From Lytechinus pictus (taxonomy: Eukaryota): DNA of 64,000 nt. The stretch lies in the NCBI RefSeq assembly GCF_037042905.1, contig NC_087250.1, positions 4,218,001 to 4,282,000 on the forward strand, given 5' to 3'. Shown piece by piece: positions 63,492 to 64,000 of the stretch (the stretch's first letter is position 1; each line of letters starts with the position of its first letter). The notes under the pieces were generated by a model, which did not search any database, was not told the DNA's origin, and saw nothing but the letters and a program-made list of their open reading frames with translations. The position numbers and the translations under genes were made by a program.

Positions 63492-64000
63492 GGGAACCGT
63501 AAACGCAACTTTGCTCGAGGGCAGGATTTTGCCGGTGCGGTACCCGCTAGCCAAAAGAAACAACCATGTCCATGTCTCAAATATCAAAGCAGTCCTTTTT
63601 ATGACCCGAATTAATAATAAGCCTAACTTCTCCAAACTAGTCTAAATCTAAGTCAAATCTAAGATTAAACGAAACAACAAACGTTAACTATAACGTTAGG
63701 TCTGGATCTAGATCTATATCATTATTCCCTAATGTAACTTAGATAATAGCCGAACTCATACTTTGCAAGCATATGGCTTGAACAACTTAAACAAGGTTTG
63801 ATGAATTAATTATTGGACTCAGCTTTATGCAAGGTTGGATATAACCAAAGATACTACAAGGGGAAGATCGGACAGTACATAGACCGCGTAATGGAACGCT
63901 TGCGAAGAGCGCCCTACAGCGTTGAGTAAGTAAGGACTCTTCTTGTTTACCTTTGTGTTTAGCGATCTGGGTCCCGTAACAAGCTTAGCTGCATGATCGT

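Overview
AT-rich, intron- and transposon-dense eukaryotic DNA. The gene types, tRNA-derived SINEs and MITE families suggest an echinoderm, probably a sea urchin; this is an inference. Three minus-strand protein-coding loci can be rebuilt from splice signals and exon phases. (1) A 7-coding-exon NLR immune receptor (about 1,390 aa, 811-9951) has an MGxxxSK N-myristoylation consensus, two death domains separated by a long low-complexity linker, a NACHT domain with an atypical Walker B, and LRR-like repeats. (2) An SLC16/monocarboxylate-transporter-like gene, copy A (29840-39041), has a second intact, in-phase first coding exon at 43379-43583. (3) Its tandem paralogue, copy B (53981-56571), has no first exon visible in the window. 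The rest is largely nested non-autonomous DNA transposons (Harbinger-, hAT-, Kolobok-, Academ-, Sola- and Tc1-like by TIR/TSD), a 5.1-kb foldback element, CR1/L2/RTE LINE relics, SINEs and local tandem duplications. No CRISPR array, rRNA gene or genuine tRNA gene is supported. The best novelty candidates are the putatively lipid-anchored tandem-death-domain NLR, the alternative transporter N-termini, the stop-codon-containing tandem repeat, and arrays with a conserved GCGCGAAGCGC mini-hairpin core. All coordinates were read by eye; no database search was run.
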